From Octopus vulgaris (lineage: Eukaryota), in contig OX597818.1 of assembly GCA_951406725.2 (NCBI GenBank), positions 7,688,001-7,752,000 on the forward strand: a stretch of DNA of 64,000 nucleotides, in the 5' to 3' direction. The position numbers were made by a program, and so were the translations under genes. Within the stretch, counting starts at the first letter, position 1. Each line of letters begins with the position of its first letter. The notes below the pieces were generated by a model. It ran no database searches, had not been told where the DNA came from, and saw only the letters and a program-made list of their open reading frames with translations. Below, one piece after another: positions 24,106 through 38,836 of the stretch.

Positions 24106-26463
24106 ATGATATCGCTTTATTTTATTCGAATGAAAAGGAAATTAAAATTTTAAGCAGTTTAATGTTAGCAACATTTTCATAGTATCTCCGATGAGAATTT
24201 TGCTTCTAATTTTTCATTGTTCTCTATACACTTTTCACGAGTTTCATGATAACTGTTTTAAAAACTAAACTCAAACTAAGATGATGACTTTTATTAAGTA
24301 TAAAATCCCTCTACTTCGCCTATATTTGCTAACTCTTCAGATGTTGGTTTGACTCAGCTTCCTGAAACTCACTTATCATTCCAATTTGCATGTTTGACAT
24401 GCTCAGTACCATAATGAGATAAATTTTATTCATATATAAAACCTTATTAACTTTGGTAAACTCTTATCGATTTAGTTTTGATTGCTTTTAGACAAAAAGA
24501 GTATTTCACACTGTTAATTATATTACGAGAGAAGAATCGGCAGTGTTGGCTAAAATTTCTTGTCTATATATTGGCTGTCTTATACAGGAACATCGCCACA
24601 AAAACATATAAAAGGAATAAATTATTTTAAAATTCCAATTATTTAAATTCCTATTATAAATGCAAAAATAATGCTAGCAATAACCTTAGGAATGTAGCTT
24701 ACGTTGTGCTTTGTCATCCTACATCTTTACTTGTTTAAACTCATTTCATGTAGCTTCATAAAAAGAAACAAATTGAATTCTAATTCCATTTAAGTTCAGC
24801 CAGACAAATCTACATTTTAGAAAAAAAACAAAAACAGAAAAAGTAACTGCCTTTAAATTTAAATTCTCCTTAAATTCTATGAACATAAAATGATCGCAAT
24901 ATTTTTTTTTTATTCATTTGATCTTCCATTTCTAACTCTTATATAAACACTGATACATTTGAGAACTTCTTTTATTCTGCATACTTCAGGCTTATTCTAC
25001 TCTCTCATCAAGAAATATTTCTTCTTCAACGTAGTTTTTTCCTCTACTACTTCTCTCTATTTCTTTATTCTGTTTATTTCTCTACTTCTATTTCTCTATA
25101 TCTTCTATCCTTCATCTGATGCTGTCCTATCTTTCCTGTTTGCCTTTTTTCTTTAGTTGTTTTAATCTATTCTACCCGCACCACAATCTTCAAATTTATT
25201 TCCTTCAAGTGTCTCTTTTTATAGTTCCTTCCTCTTCTTATCTCATGTCTCCTTATTTTATGTACTTTTCCCCATCTATCGTTTATTCTGTTATTTTTCT
25301 CTCTCAGCATACTTCATGTTTCAACTGTTTGCAATCAAGAAAACAAATGCCGATAATATATTTTAATGTAAATTGATTAGATCAGTTTTACCAAACAATC
25401 TTCTGCCCAGTGCACAATATTTATTACTGCTGTGTAATGTCTCGTACTACAGTTGTAAATGCAAGAGAAACATGATATATAACTCTGCCTAAGAGATAAT
25501 GGAATATATTGATTTGATTTCTACTAGGCACTGCGGTAGAACACTATGTAGAAGGATAGGCACAGAAGAATTTGCTCATATTAGTCAACCACTGCACAGT
25601 GGTAGTATCTGTTTAATCGACATTAGATAGCTGGAAAAAACACATGGACAAGGCTGGTCTTTAAATTCACACCCGTTACATTGCTTATCTTATATGAATC
25701 TATTATTTTCTGACGCATGTCATCTACGCAGTAAAACATTCGAACAAAAATACATCTACTAGACTTTTGTGCATTACACTCTCAGTTTCCCAACTGTTAT
25801 ATAAAATATCTAGAAGTGAAACACACTCCGATTTCAGTAAGACATGGACGTGATTAGTGTCCAAATTTTCTTCATTGCTATCGAATGATATATCTACAAA
25901 GTTAGAGTTTCACTTAGTCAAAATCTTAACTATCTAACTCTCTTTCAATTTCTCTCATGCTATCTTCATCTACCATTTCAATCTCACTCTTCTTCAGAAA
26001 AAAATGTTGGAAATAGTTTATAATACCCCCATTACCTAAACGCAAGAAAGTCTACTGGTGTAACTTCATATACAGCAATGTCTTTCAGCACCTTTTACTT
26101 CTATCTCCCAGTGAATTCTTATAGAGCCAGATTATCCTTTCTCACAAAAAGGTGATACTTTCTGAAATTAGGTGTACGCAATATTGCAAATGACAAGAAA
26201 AAAAATGTATCCTACTTAGACAACTTGATAGAAGCATGCAAATTTATCAAACATTGAAGCTACCTGAAAAGAGACACAAGAACTGACGCTAGTAATTTTG
26301 TGCTGATGTGCAAGATTTTCGTCACCTATGTTTGTTGGTAGCATTTAAATAAATCTGGAGCCGCAAAGGAATCGATATAAACATTTAATGGGAATGTACT
26401 TATATCATTTGAAGACGAAGTACATGAATTCCCTCAGCAGATAATGTTTACTCTAACTATAAA

Positions 26464-27222
26464 CGAGGGGCTAGCCAAATGTAAACGGAAGAGTTCTCTG
26501 TGGTACAAGCCCGTTGTAGTTCAAGCTTCGACCACTAGAAGCCACTTGATACAACCCTCAGTCATCAGTCTGCCGGCGAGAGTCGTACTGCCCCGTGGTG
26601 TGTCTTTGATTTGCAATGTTTCTCTGTTCGTCGATTTTTGTGATGGCTGAAACGAAGTAACTGCGTGCTTCCATGAAATTCCTACTAGAGAAACAGTTGT
26701 CATGCTTCAAACATCCTGCAAGGATGCTGTGATAAGCAAAACACAAGTTTACAAGTGATTTCTACGCTTTAGAGATCGTAACTTGTCTCTCGAAGACCAA
26801 CCTTATTCAAGACGACAGTCGGCGTCCCGAACAAATGAAAACATCATGAAAATTTATGAATTCACGAACTTGTTAATATGAGTGCTGTGCCCTGGAGCTG
26901 CCACCAGCGAATGAACAGAGTTGCAGCAAAATCTGCGCTTCGCTTGCTCACTGAAGCTCAAAAGCAGTCACAACTGAATGCATGTCGGAATCATCACTGG
27001 AGACGAAAGCTGGTACAACGGAATTTGTAGTTGTGGAAGAGAAGAAAACAACGACGGAGGCGCTAAAAGGCATCACTTCCCAAGAGTTCCAGAATCGTGG
27101 AAAGCGCGCTTTCTGATGCATTGCTTCAACTGGAGAATACTTTCAAGGCAATAACGGTGTAAACATGCAAAACGAAGTGAATATAATATTGCAAAATTCC
27201 GATTTCTTTTGAGTAGCCCTCG
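26464..27222 (+). mobile_element. Internally deleted mariner element
   Basis: TIR-like ends CGAGGGGCTA / TAGCCCTCG(TA); ETVVMLQT..KTQVYK*FLRF..LSLEDQP helix-turn-helix; IITGDESW. Confidence 0.8.
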
Positions 27223-27266
27223 TATATGAAGAAATAATGATATGCATAAATAAATAAATAATTATG

Positions 27267-27297
<31 letters not shown>

Positions 27298-29923
27298 ATG
27301 TGTGCATGCGTGTAAGAATTTTGAAATATATATATATATATATGAGATAATAAAGGAAACTAATCAACGAGATTGGGGTGTATTGGATCTAAACAATACC
27401 TCTCCCAAGATATTAATTACAAGATATCATATGCTTTCCTAACAAACGGCCAAAATATCTGCCTGAAGCCTGAAGCCCTCACTATCTATGAAAATAAAGG
27501 GGAACATCCTTACATTTACTTGTCCTGCCAGAGGGAGAAGTCAATTCTGCCTCAAAATAACATCTTACTGTCATATGAAGAAGGATATGTGAGACTGGTT
27601 TACTGCCCAGAAAGTGCTTTTTATCATGTTCAGAACGATTAGCTTCAGATTAAATAACAACAATGAAAATATCCACAATTACGCTAGCTATAATTATTAT
27701 GGATTATACGTCGTTGCTAATATCTTTTTGTCTGAAATACTAAATTGCCTGGTGTGCCTGTTTAAACATGTGGAATGGAAGAGAGCTATGTGAAGTAAAA
27801 TTAGATATTTTCAGCAAATGCATAAGAGATCCCTAACTGGTTCATAGTTTAAGCATTAAAATATAGACAGTGGGACTCAAACGAAGACGATATTAAGAAT
27901 ATAGAGCTGTGATGAACCCGAACAGTGTTCAACTATTGTGAACGGTAAAGACTCTATCCATGAACAATGTGACTAAATAAAATACACAGGTGATGGTTAA
28001 GAATTTCATCACTAACACATTGCAGCATTTGTGACAGAATACAGTCCCTTAGTCTCTAGTTAATCGCTTCCTGTTATGAAGTAATACATTCATAATTCTA
28101 TAAATACTATAAATATTCAAGTATTCTCAAGTATTCCAAACACTAGTGCCGTTACATAAAGTCAATTGTCTGTATCTGTTAGTTACAATACAATGTATGA
28201 AACCTAATGAAAAACTGGCTAATTTTAAATAATTATGGCTGCCCATATCAGTTTATATATATACAAAATAATGACTTCTGCTGGTTTTCAACCGACAATA
28301 TAAAATAGTGTAAGAAATACAGATTTTCCCATACACATCGCTCGCTTTGATTGACATACATTTAACTGTTATGTGAAACGTGTAGTCTTTACTGAAGTAT
28401 ACTGTCTTTTTAATCTATGATATGTGTGTGTGTGTGTGTGTCTGTGTGTGTGTGCACGCGTGCAACGAGTGTGGGAGTGTGCAGCTAAACACTAATCGAT
28501 AATACATCGGTATTTTCTACATTTTAAGTAGTGTGAAAATACTATCTGAAAGTAACATTTTACTTAGAACAACTGCGCACTCTTAGACTTAAAAGTATTT
28601 GATAACATTTAGACAGAATGTCAGTTGCACATTCATCTATTGATCGAAAAGAGAGAACCACACCAGTGACCTTTTATATTTTGACTTCCCCATATTATTG
28701 GGATTTTGTTTTCAATGTGACATTGATAAATCTAAATCAAATAAGTGCTATATATTTTACACGAATTTCTAGTCAGTCTTTTACTAGATTTTCTCCACTT
28801 CGGAAATTGAAATCGACACACACACGCGTACATATGTAAAAGTACACACATACACACATACATCCACACGCACAAACGTATGTATATAAATGTCTATATA
28901 TCTAAGAATATCAGCATATAAAAATACATTCATGCATACAAACACAATATACACAGACACATACATACATAAATACATACATACATATACACACACACAC
29001 ATGCACGCACGTGCGCACAGTGACACACACATATATACGGGGTGGGGCAGAAAAGACGAACGGCTTTGAAATGGCTATTACTCAGCCCCAGGGGAAGGGA
29101 AATATGTCAGACAGGTACCTTTTGGTCCGTGGTGTCTTAGCATTTTTCTTTCTTTTCAGGTGAAGCCATGGTGCTGTGGACGATAGAGCATCTCGTGTTT
29201 GCCTGTGACAGTGCGTCACAGCAGCTCAGCGTGAGTTTCGGCGACACGTCAACATTCAGCGAATCAGGCTGTTTCCATCCGTGACACAAACTTACGTTGG
29301 GTGAATGCACTTCGTACACAAGGTACACTAAGGAATAGGAAACAGGTGGGAGCACCACGAACGGTACGGATCTCCGAAAAAGTGGATCGCGTCAGACAAG
29401 CTTTGATGCGCAGTCTGAATCGCTCTGCTCAGAAACATTCTACTGAACATGACATCGGTAATCGATCGGTAAGGCGTATTTTGTATGAAGACTTGCGTTT
29501 CCACCCGTACAAATTGGTCGTTAGGCAACAGTTGAAACCACAAGACTATGCACAGCGGCTTAACTTCATACGTCCGATGAATGGAATTTTTGAGGCAAAT
29601 GACAACCCTATTTTCTTAACGAGTAATGATGCTCATTTTCATCTCAATGGTATAGTGAATCAACAGAACTGTGGATACTGGGCTGTTGAAAATCGAAGAG
29701 AACTGCATGAAAGACCACTGCACATCCCAAAAGTGACAGTCTAATGTACTGTCCATGGACTTTCTTTGCCCTCCCTTCGGTGACTGCCTCATTTTCCAGG
29801 TTTGCTGACATTCGTTGGCCTCCTCGGTCTCCTTATATAAGGTTCATACATACATACATACCCACCGGCATATGGCGCGGGCTACTAACCCCAAGATTCC
29901 GAGTTCGATTCCAGGCAGTAACT

Positions 29924-29979
<56 letters not shown>

Positions 29980-29980
<1 letters not shown>

Positions 29981-30147
29981 GGCGCAGGAGTGGCTATGTG
30001 GTAAGTAGCTTGTTTACCAACCACATGGTTCCGGGTTCAGTCCCACTGCGTGGTACCTTGGGCAAGTGTCTTCTACTATAGCCTCGGGCCAACCAAAGCC
30101 TTGTGAGTGGATTTGGTAGATGGAAACTGAAAGAAGCCCGTCGTATG

Positions 30148-30179
<32 letters not shown>

Positions 30180-30390
30180 AGTTTGTATATCTGTGTTTGT
30201 CCCACCAACATCGCTTGACAACCGATGCTGGTGTGTTTATGTCCCCGTCACTTAGCGGTTCGGCAAAGAGACCGATAGAATAAGTACTGGGCTTACAAAG
30301 AATAAGTCCCGGGGTCGAGTGGCTCGATTAAAGGCGGTGCTCCAGCATGGCCGCAGTCAAATGACTGAAACAAGTAAAAGAGAAAAGAGA
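29980..30390 (+). mobile_element. SINE family B (tRNA head, CORE-like segment, internal microsatellite)
   Basis: GGCGCAGGAGTGGCT.TGTGGTAAG, GGGTTCAGTCCC, CCTTGGGCAAGTGTCTT; other copies at 31265, 42595, 13245 and 53694. Confidence 0.9.
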
Positions 30391-30464
30391 AAGAGAAAGA
30401 GAATAATAATAATAATGATAATAATGATAATAATGATAATAATAATAATAATAATAATAATAAT

Positions 30465-30508
<44 letters not shown>

Positions 30509-30546
30509 TAATAATGATAATAATGATAATAGTAATAATAATAATC

Positions 30547-30590
<44 letters not shown>

Positions 30591-30683
30591 CATAATAATA
30601 ATAATAATAGTAGTAGTAACAACAACAACAACAACATCGAAAAATAAGTTAGGAATGAGAACCAATGTTCGAAATTTTTCCAA

Positions 30684-30729
30684 GACACCTGATGAAGGTA
30701 GGAGGGTATACCAGGTGAAACGTTGTTTT
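30684..30729 (+). ncRNA. Partly decayed type I hammerhead in SINE tail
   Basis: GACAC-CTGATGA-A..-GAAA-C-GTT^GTTTT; core boxes intact but stem II is broken in this copy. Confidence 0.55.
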
Positions 30730-31109
30730 AACAACAAACAAGATGAGAACAAATATCCGTCAAATGTAAATAATATACGATTTATTTCTTGTGGGGAAAC
30801 CTGAAGGCATGTGTGTATGCGCATAAAACCCGTACATTGGACGATTTGAAGGAAGGTATTCGCGTGGAAGTCGCCCAAATCGACAGAGCAACGCTGGAGT
30901 GAGTGGAGGCCAACTTGGAAGAGCGCCTTCAGAAATGCATCAATTAAAACGGACACGACATGATTGATGTCGTTTTTCATACTTGATATTGACAAGTGCT
31001 AATTCCATGCGAACACATTGATGTCAATAAAATTTGTTTGCAGCTAAAATTAATGATGTAGTGAATTTTTCAAAAACGTCCGACCTCTCTGCTCTACCCT
31101 GTAGATATA

Positions 31110-31167
<58 letters not shown>

Positions 31168-31175
31168 ATAAATAT

Positions 31176-31264
<89 letters not shown>

Positions 31265-31268
<4 letters not shown>

Positions 31269-31680
31269 CAGGAGTGTGTGTCTTGTAAGAAGCTTGCTTC
31301 CCACTTCTATGGTTCCGGGTTCAGTCCCACTGCGTGGTATCTTGGGCAATTGCCTTCAGTTATAGCCTCGGGCCAACCAAAGACTTGTGAGTAGATTAGA
31401 CGGAAACTGAAAGGAGCACGTCGTATATATATACATGTGTGTGTGTGTGTTGTGTGTATGTATGTGCCTGTGCGTGTCTTTGTGTGTCTATATTTGTCCC
31501 CCTACCATTGCTTGACAACCGAAGTTGGTGTGTGTACGCCGCCGTACCTTAGTGGTTCGGTAAAAGAGACGATAATATAAGTACTAGGCTTATAAAGTAT
31601 AAGTTCTGTGGTGGAGTTGTTCGATTAAAGGCACTGCTCCAGCATGGCCGAAGTGAAATGATTGAAACCAGTAAAAAATA
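31265..31680 (+). mobile_element. SINE family B copy
   Basis: Co-linear with 29980-30390. Confidence 0.88.
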
Positions 31681-33039
31681 AAATACACATAGATGTTTAT
31701 TTATCTATATGTATGGATAAGGATAGACACGTAATTACACTCAGGCTGTGAAATATAATTCACTGTGGATGGAAAATGTATTTCGCTATGATCTATAGCA
31801 TGGAAATTACATAAATAGTACCAGACTATGATTATATATAGCCTAAAATGTTTTTCAGGTAGTTAATGTAGGCCTGCATAGTCAATTTGCTTGTGATACC
31901 CTTGATTCTATCGAGAAATTCTCTGCTCAGGCTCACGGTTACGAAAAAGCCAGCGTTAAAGTGAAAATTGTTTCCAAACATTGCTGCATCATTATAAGAG
32001 CTACGTTGACGAATTACATGAGCTGACCAATAAAATAAATCTGTTGAGAATAGTATACGAATTCAAAAATAATTGCGAACTAAATATATCAACAAAATAC
32101 AAGCTTGTAATTTACCAATACATTTCTCCGTCTTTACACATAATCTCGGGAATATGTGATATTTTATACAGCACCATAAAATATATGAAAAATTATCAAC
32201 AACGGGATGATTTGCGGTATATTTTCTACTACTTTTCATTGCGGTGCGAAGCTGCATTGGCTCATGTCTATGGCCTTTTCATTGCATAACCTTCGTGTGT
32301 GTGTGTGTGTGGGTGGGGATTAAATTTGCATGCATGACTAACTGCAAACATATGCAGATTTGAAGGTCTACATTGAGTAAGTCCCGTGTGTGTATACAAG
32401 AAAAATATATCCCTTTTCCCACTTTAAGCAACATATGAACTCTGTCTTGGTGGTCATTTTCAACACTGCAAACTGTCGCTTAAGCCAGTAGCTCAGCTCA
32501 GTGTCGAATCGATCAGCCTCAGTCCTATTTTCATAACAGGAGGTGAAACAGTATCCATACACTTAGAACTATCTCGTTTAGTGAAACTAACACATAGAAT
32601 CAAATTACTACATCAGTACATTCACTTATGCTTTCTGTCTGTATGTGTGCGTGTTTATGGAATTATATCTTGAAATTTATTTTAATCTATTAACATTCTT
32701 TTCCAATTTTATCTACTTTTAATCATTATAGCAATCTCTGATGTCTAAAAGTGCCTTTTGATATTACTGAATTTGGAGAAAATCTGAAGCAAAAATAGCC
32801 ATATAGGTATATACACAAAAATAGATAATAACTTTTCTGGCTTCAAACAAACTTTGCAACCAATCTTCTTTATATAGCAACAAAGAATTAAGATTTTGCT
32901 CACTATACGTGTGTAATGGCATATAAATTTATAGTGGTATGGATGCAAATATGATTGAAATTCTAAACCGCTTTTAGAGTGTGCATAATTATTGATATTA
33001 TTATTGTTCTTATTACTAATATTGACAGTAATAATAATA

Positions 33040-33091
<52 letters not shown>

Positions 33092-33292
33092 TTTCTTTTA
33101 TTTTTCAATAATAATGAAAATAAATTGGAAAATATAATACAACGAACCGCAAGAACAAAAGCAGCAATGATAAAAATAATGATGATAGTAATGAAGATGT
33201 AGATGATGACGACGACGACGACGACGATGATGATGATGGTAACGACAATGACGAAGTTACTAATAATAACAAAAACAACAATGATAATAATT

Positions 33293-33439
33293 AGAAGAAG
33301 AAGAAGAAGAAGAAGAAGAAGAAGAAGAAGAAGAAGAAGAAGAAGAAGAAGAAGAAGAAGAAGAAGAAGAAGAAGAAGAAGAAGAAGAAGAAGAAGAAGA
33401 AGAAGAAGAAGAAGAAGAAGAAGAAGAAGAAGAAGAAGA
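33293..33439. repeat. (AGA)n microsatellite
   Basis: Direct reading. Confidence 0.95.
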
Positions 33440-33975
33440 AATATTGTATAAGCGTATATGTCTTTAACGGAAAGGCTTAAAACAGAAATTTTCCTCTTTG
33501 CAATAATGACAAACCAAAAACATCTCCAGACAGTCTTTAACGAAAAGGTTACATTGTGAAATTGTTCTGTGGGGGAGCTTAGACATCACAGCTTATATAA
33601 AGTATTTGTTCTTTGATTGGTACTGGATTTGTCTAATATGCCTGGAATAAATACTGTGCACCTTACTTTGATGTCGTAATGGCATCAGAGACAAACGGTC
33701 TACATCTAGAGGCACTTTGTCAAAGTGTGTGTAACAAGTTCCCGCTAGATCTAAACACTGTTAACGTAAGTTGCTATGAACGCGGTAAGTAAACACTAAA
33801 TTGATAGTTTCCATTTAGAAAGACGGCATCCTACCGCACACACTCTCTAAGCTTATAGCACGCAAATATATATTCATATACATATAATTTCAGGCGCATC
33901 CGTTTCCACGTGCAAAGAAAATATTATTTTCTAATCTGTCTTTTAACGTCATTCACTTAATACAATCTTTATATG

Positions 33976-34064
<89 letters not shown>

Positions 34065-34092
34065 TACATATATATATCTACACATATATACA

Positions 34093-34143
<51 letters not shown>

Positions 34144-36304
34144 CTCTTACTCTCTTTACTGCTATTTGTGATTCCCTTTAATATGGCTTCCTTCACTTAT
34201 TCTAATTTTAATAAATCATTAAAATAGATGTTGTGCAGGTATTATTTTCCAGTACATTTCGATTAAGACTATTTCTCAATACACTGGAAAGCACGAATTA
34301 CTTTAAATCCTAAACTATGTCAGAAAATAACTTTTTCCTCAATCTATCTCCATTATTCATTCATACTTTGTAAGCTCTAGAACTCCATAGTTATATATTC
34401 TTTAATTCCGTTTTGTTTCTTACTATTCGTTTACTGCTTTCTGTTGCTATCACTTTATATTATTATACATAATATCAAAAATGGATGTGAATATCATGCA
34501 TTAAAACGCATTCTCGAGAAAGTATAGATAATTCTGCATAATTTACTATTAATATTATACATTTATCTATTACTGGTACGGAATTATTTTATCCCATACT
34601 TGATGCCTTAGTTCAATACTTGTTATACTGTTTATCAATCGGATCCATATGTATACATTTTAATAATGTCTTGTATGATTGCTATTTATTACATTCTTAC
34701 TTTGATAATTACGCATTAGTTAGATGTTTTGATATATCTAATAGTTTATTGATTTTGCGTTTGCACTTTTGCTTGGACAATCAATATAGTTCTATTGTAT
34801 GTAAACTTTTATTAGAAGTAACACTTGAAACGTGCAAATCTTTCATAAAGACATGCTGCTTGGAATTCAAATTTTATTTTAAGTTTAGTGGAACAATCAA
34901 TCTGCTTGGTTAACTAGTTCCTTCTATTTTTCAAAATCTTGGATGTGTACAACTAGCCAGAAAATTACCATGGATTAGGATTTTATAGAAAGATGTATAA
35001 GCTAGTCGTTTTTGAGATTTTGAGTAAAATATAGTTATTGCTGTTGTTTTGTTGCTGTCACCATGTTGTAGCTATGGCTCTTTTAATTGTATACGACACG
35101 TAGGTAGTCAAACAAAGAATAGGGTTCCGTCTTTTACATGTTCGAAATACAGACTACTTCACATTCACATGCTGTAGAGAATAGTATATGATGTTGTTTT
35201 GAATCGCGAAGGCTTTTGCTCTCTACATAAACTAGGCTTCTTCTGTACACATGTAGATTCTTGAGTCAGTCACAATGACAGCATATATGGGTCTTTGTTA
35301 GTACTTAGGAGTTGTCATTTTTCTATCGTGGAAAAAACTCATCCATGTAGTATATTCTCCATTGTATTCAGATCAGATTACCAAAACTGCTCATATTTGT
35401 CTCATATATATGTAATGTAACAAGATATATTGTGCTACGTAGACTTATGTATTATAGCGGTCTTTCTGTAATTGACAAAATAAGAATTATATTTCGCACT
35501 ATTTCGGCTAGAAAAATCTACTTTTAATTTTATTCGATTTGCAATCAAACTTTGTCGAATCTCACATCAAAGTGTAAATTATAGTAAAATACATTGAATA
35601 ATGTAGTCTCCAACAGAAACAAACAGATTTGGTTATGAATATAATGTCTTGGTTAAGATATTTACTACATCATTGTTTACTTGGGGCAACGCATGAACAG
35701 AAGGAAACTTAGGGATACGAAATAATACGCCATATATAAAACATAAACGAACGAAGTCAAATAGAAATATTCGATTGCTGAATTAATGTCCATTACACTA
35801 CATGCTATTCCATGTACATATGGCGTTGGATAGAAAACTACGATAGTCAACAGGCTAAGCTTACACATAATTTGCCAGTTAACATGACATTTTGGTCCAT
35901 TTTGTAGATTTAACACCCACTGTAAAATGAAAACTGAACCAAAAGTTGATTCTGCATATAAAAATTAAACAATCTTTCATTTAATTCTGAAACTAATCGT
36001 TACTATGTTTCATCCATTGAGTAGACAGAATTTGAATATTGATTTTCTATCCGAAACTGTATTAGATTTAACTTTTTGCATATTAAGATGGTCCGATTGT
36101 CCACACCTTGCTGGTACTCAGCGTATGCATTGTCAGTTCATTTTATTCACATCTATTTTTCTGCATTCTACTCCTTACACAAACATATTGAATTGTTGAA
36201 AAATCCATAGGTGTTGCATGCACGTGTGTGTGTGTGTGTATTTGAGGACGGACGCATGGCCTAGTGGTTAGAGTGTTGCACTCACAATCTAGACCGGGTG
36301 GTGT

Positions 36305-36355
<51 letters not shown>

Positions 36356-36685
36356 ATAGATATATGTTATGTATATATATATATATATATGTATATATAT
36401 GTATATATATATATATATATAAAAAAAATTGAATATGGGTAGAAATTGATATTGATCAATTGAAACCAGCGGCCTAACATATTGAAAAAATCCGAAGATT
36501 AAAATAATTTTTACATTCAAAATTTTAAGGACTGACCACTAAAAGTGGACGGTCAATATGCTAAATATAGACGTCAAAATCGCTATTTTCCACGAAGAAT
36601 CTGTTCTCAATAAAAAACTCAGCACAAAACCAAAGTTTAAAGAATAAGCAAGACAAATGAAAATATACGAAATAAAAACGATTAC

Positions 36686-36760
36686 CTATGTACCGATTAG
36701 TTTCACTTGTTAATATTCAGGTATATGCATACGCAAAAATCTGCAAGCTCATCAGCATAG
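36686..36760 (-). ncRNA. Type I hammerhead ribozyme
   Basis: CTATG-CTGATGA-GCTTG-(34 nt)-CAAGT-GAAA-CTAATCGG-TA^CATAG. Confidence 0.82.
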
Positions 36761-37225
36761 TCTGTCGTATACAAACATAATTTCCAGAACTAGATACATA
36801 ACGCTTGACCGGAGTCCAGCATGCATAGAGTTCAGCAAATTATATTTATGTGTATCTTTCAAATGCCTTCACTTTGGCGCGCTGAGATTGGAAATCTACC
36901 CTGCAGTTAATAAATTACAGCAATCAATTTACCGGTTAGAGAAAATGTTTTTATCATTTAAAATTGAATAAGGGTAGAAATTGATATTAATCAATTAAAA
37001 CCAGTGGCCTAGCATATTAAAAAAAATCCGAAGATTAAGATTTTCTTACATACAAAATTTAAAAGACTAACCACTAAAAGTGGTTGGTCAATATGCTAAA
37101 TATAGACGTCAAAATCGCTATTTTACACGAAGAATCTGTTCTCAAAAGAAAAAAAAACTCAGCACAAAACAAAAGTGTAAAAAATAAGCAAGACAAATGA
37201 AAACATACGAAATAAAAACGATTAC

Positions 37226-37300
37226 CTATGTACCGACTAGTTTCACTTGTTAATATTCATGTATATGCATATGCGAAAATCTGAAAGCTCTTCAGCATAG
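37226..37300 (-). ncRNA. Type I hammerhead ribozyme
   Basis: CTATG-CTGAAGA-GCTT-(loop)-AAGT-GAAA-CTAGTCGG-TA^CATAG. Confidence 0.82.
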
Positions 37301-37479
37301 TCTGTCGTATACAAACATAATTTCCAGAACTAGATACATAACGCTTGACCAGAATTCCACATGCATAGAATTCAACGTAGCATATTAAAAATATCCGAAG
37401 ATTAAAATATTTTTTACATACAAACTTTAAAGAACTGACCACTAAAAAAACCACAATATGCTAGATATAGACGTCAAAT

Positions 37480-37690
37480 CGGTTCAGTTCATCACTTTAC
37501 ATTTCCATCATATTCTATTAAAATGTCTTATTGGCGAGTTTTATTTCTTCATTTCCCTGAAGAAAAGACAACATTGTTTTACACCATTTTATTCCTTTGG
37601 AATATTACCAATAATAACTTCGAAACATGTGTCGAAAGTAAAAGAATTTGAATTACACATGCGTTTAACTCCATTTGTTTATTTATATAT
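37480..37690 (+). mobile_element. Solo 3' terminus of the Nematis-like PLE family, with decayed HHR at 37551-37639
   Basis: Diverged reverse complement of 38367-38580; CTGAAGA...GAAACATGTGTC^GAAAGT. Confidence 0.72.
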
Positions 37691-37837
37691 ATTATACAAA
37701 ATATTTTACATAAATACGGAGTTTCTACCTTTGAAAACAAGGAGTTACGCCCTTTTTACTTGTGTGAGTTTATACTACCCTGGTAACTATTTATCTATTT
37801 TTTCCGTGTTAATTGTAAACAAGGGAAACACACACAC

Positions 37838-38246
<409 letters not shown>

Positions 38247-38307
38247 ATTTCCACTTCAGCATCTGAAACTCAGAGTTTTATCTTGACTATTGAGTAATGT
38301 AACATAT

Positions 38308-38370
<63 letters not shown>

Positions 38371-38412
38371 TAAATAAATGGAGTTTAACGCAAGTGTAAA
38401 TCAAATATCTTT

Positions 38413-38498
38413 ACTTTCGACACACGTTTCGAAAATTCCACTGATACTATTCAAAAGAATAAATGGTATAAACAATACTATCTTCTCCTCAGGAAAGT
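38413..38498 (-). ncRNA. Type I hammerhead with long loop II in the PLE 3' terminus
   Basis: ACTTTC-CTGAGGA-GAAGAT-(~41 nt)-ATTTTC-GAAA-CGTGTG-TC^GAAAGT. Confidence 0.82.
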
Positions 38499-38836
38499 GA
38501 AAAAAGCGAAACTCGTCAATAAGACATTTTAGCAAAAAATGATGGATTTGTATAGCGATAGACAGAACGCTATTAATATTGTTTAAAAAAACGTTATATG
38601 ATATAACGTCATAGGTTGCCAATAGTGAATGTTAAATATAAAGGAAATTAAAGTTTAAATTATATATAATGATAGAGACTGCTTATATTCACTAAATGTA
38701 TGTTTTTGCCAATGCTCGTTCTATAACCGTGTTTACTAGAGTATTGTTTAGAAAAAAAAATGAAAAATAGCTCAGAATTGCAGAGAAGACAGAATTCCTT
38801 GCCTTTGTCATATGGTATCGAAATTGAGAGAATCAA

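Larger units (their letters stand above)
29864..30778 (+). mobile_element. tRNA-headed SINE with hammerhead-like tail, copy 2 (split by a family B SINE)
   Basis: Head 29864-29925 matches 12023-12100 (A box partly deleted); tail 30635-30778 matches 12128-12285; HHR motif 30684-30729. Confidence 0.8.
29038..31101 (+). mobile_element. Tc1/mariner-superfamily transposon, rosa/DD41D-like, interrupted by nested SINEs
   Basis: TA-flanked imperfect TIRs (C.GGGT.G.GCAGA.A.G.CG.ACG..TTTGAAA); LRFHPYK, AHFHLNG.VN.QNC.YWA.EN, PLH.PKVTV, WPPRSP (to ~29833), resuming with FLWGNLK..VY at ~30786. Confidence 0.85.
36425..37480 (-). repeat. Tandem ~540-bp non-coding unit (about 2 copies plus a partial third), one hammerhead per unit
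   Basis: Unit start AAATTGAATA.GGGTAGAAATTGAT at ~36426 and 36961; partial restart at ~37378; HHRs exactly 540 bp apart. Confidence 0.85.
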
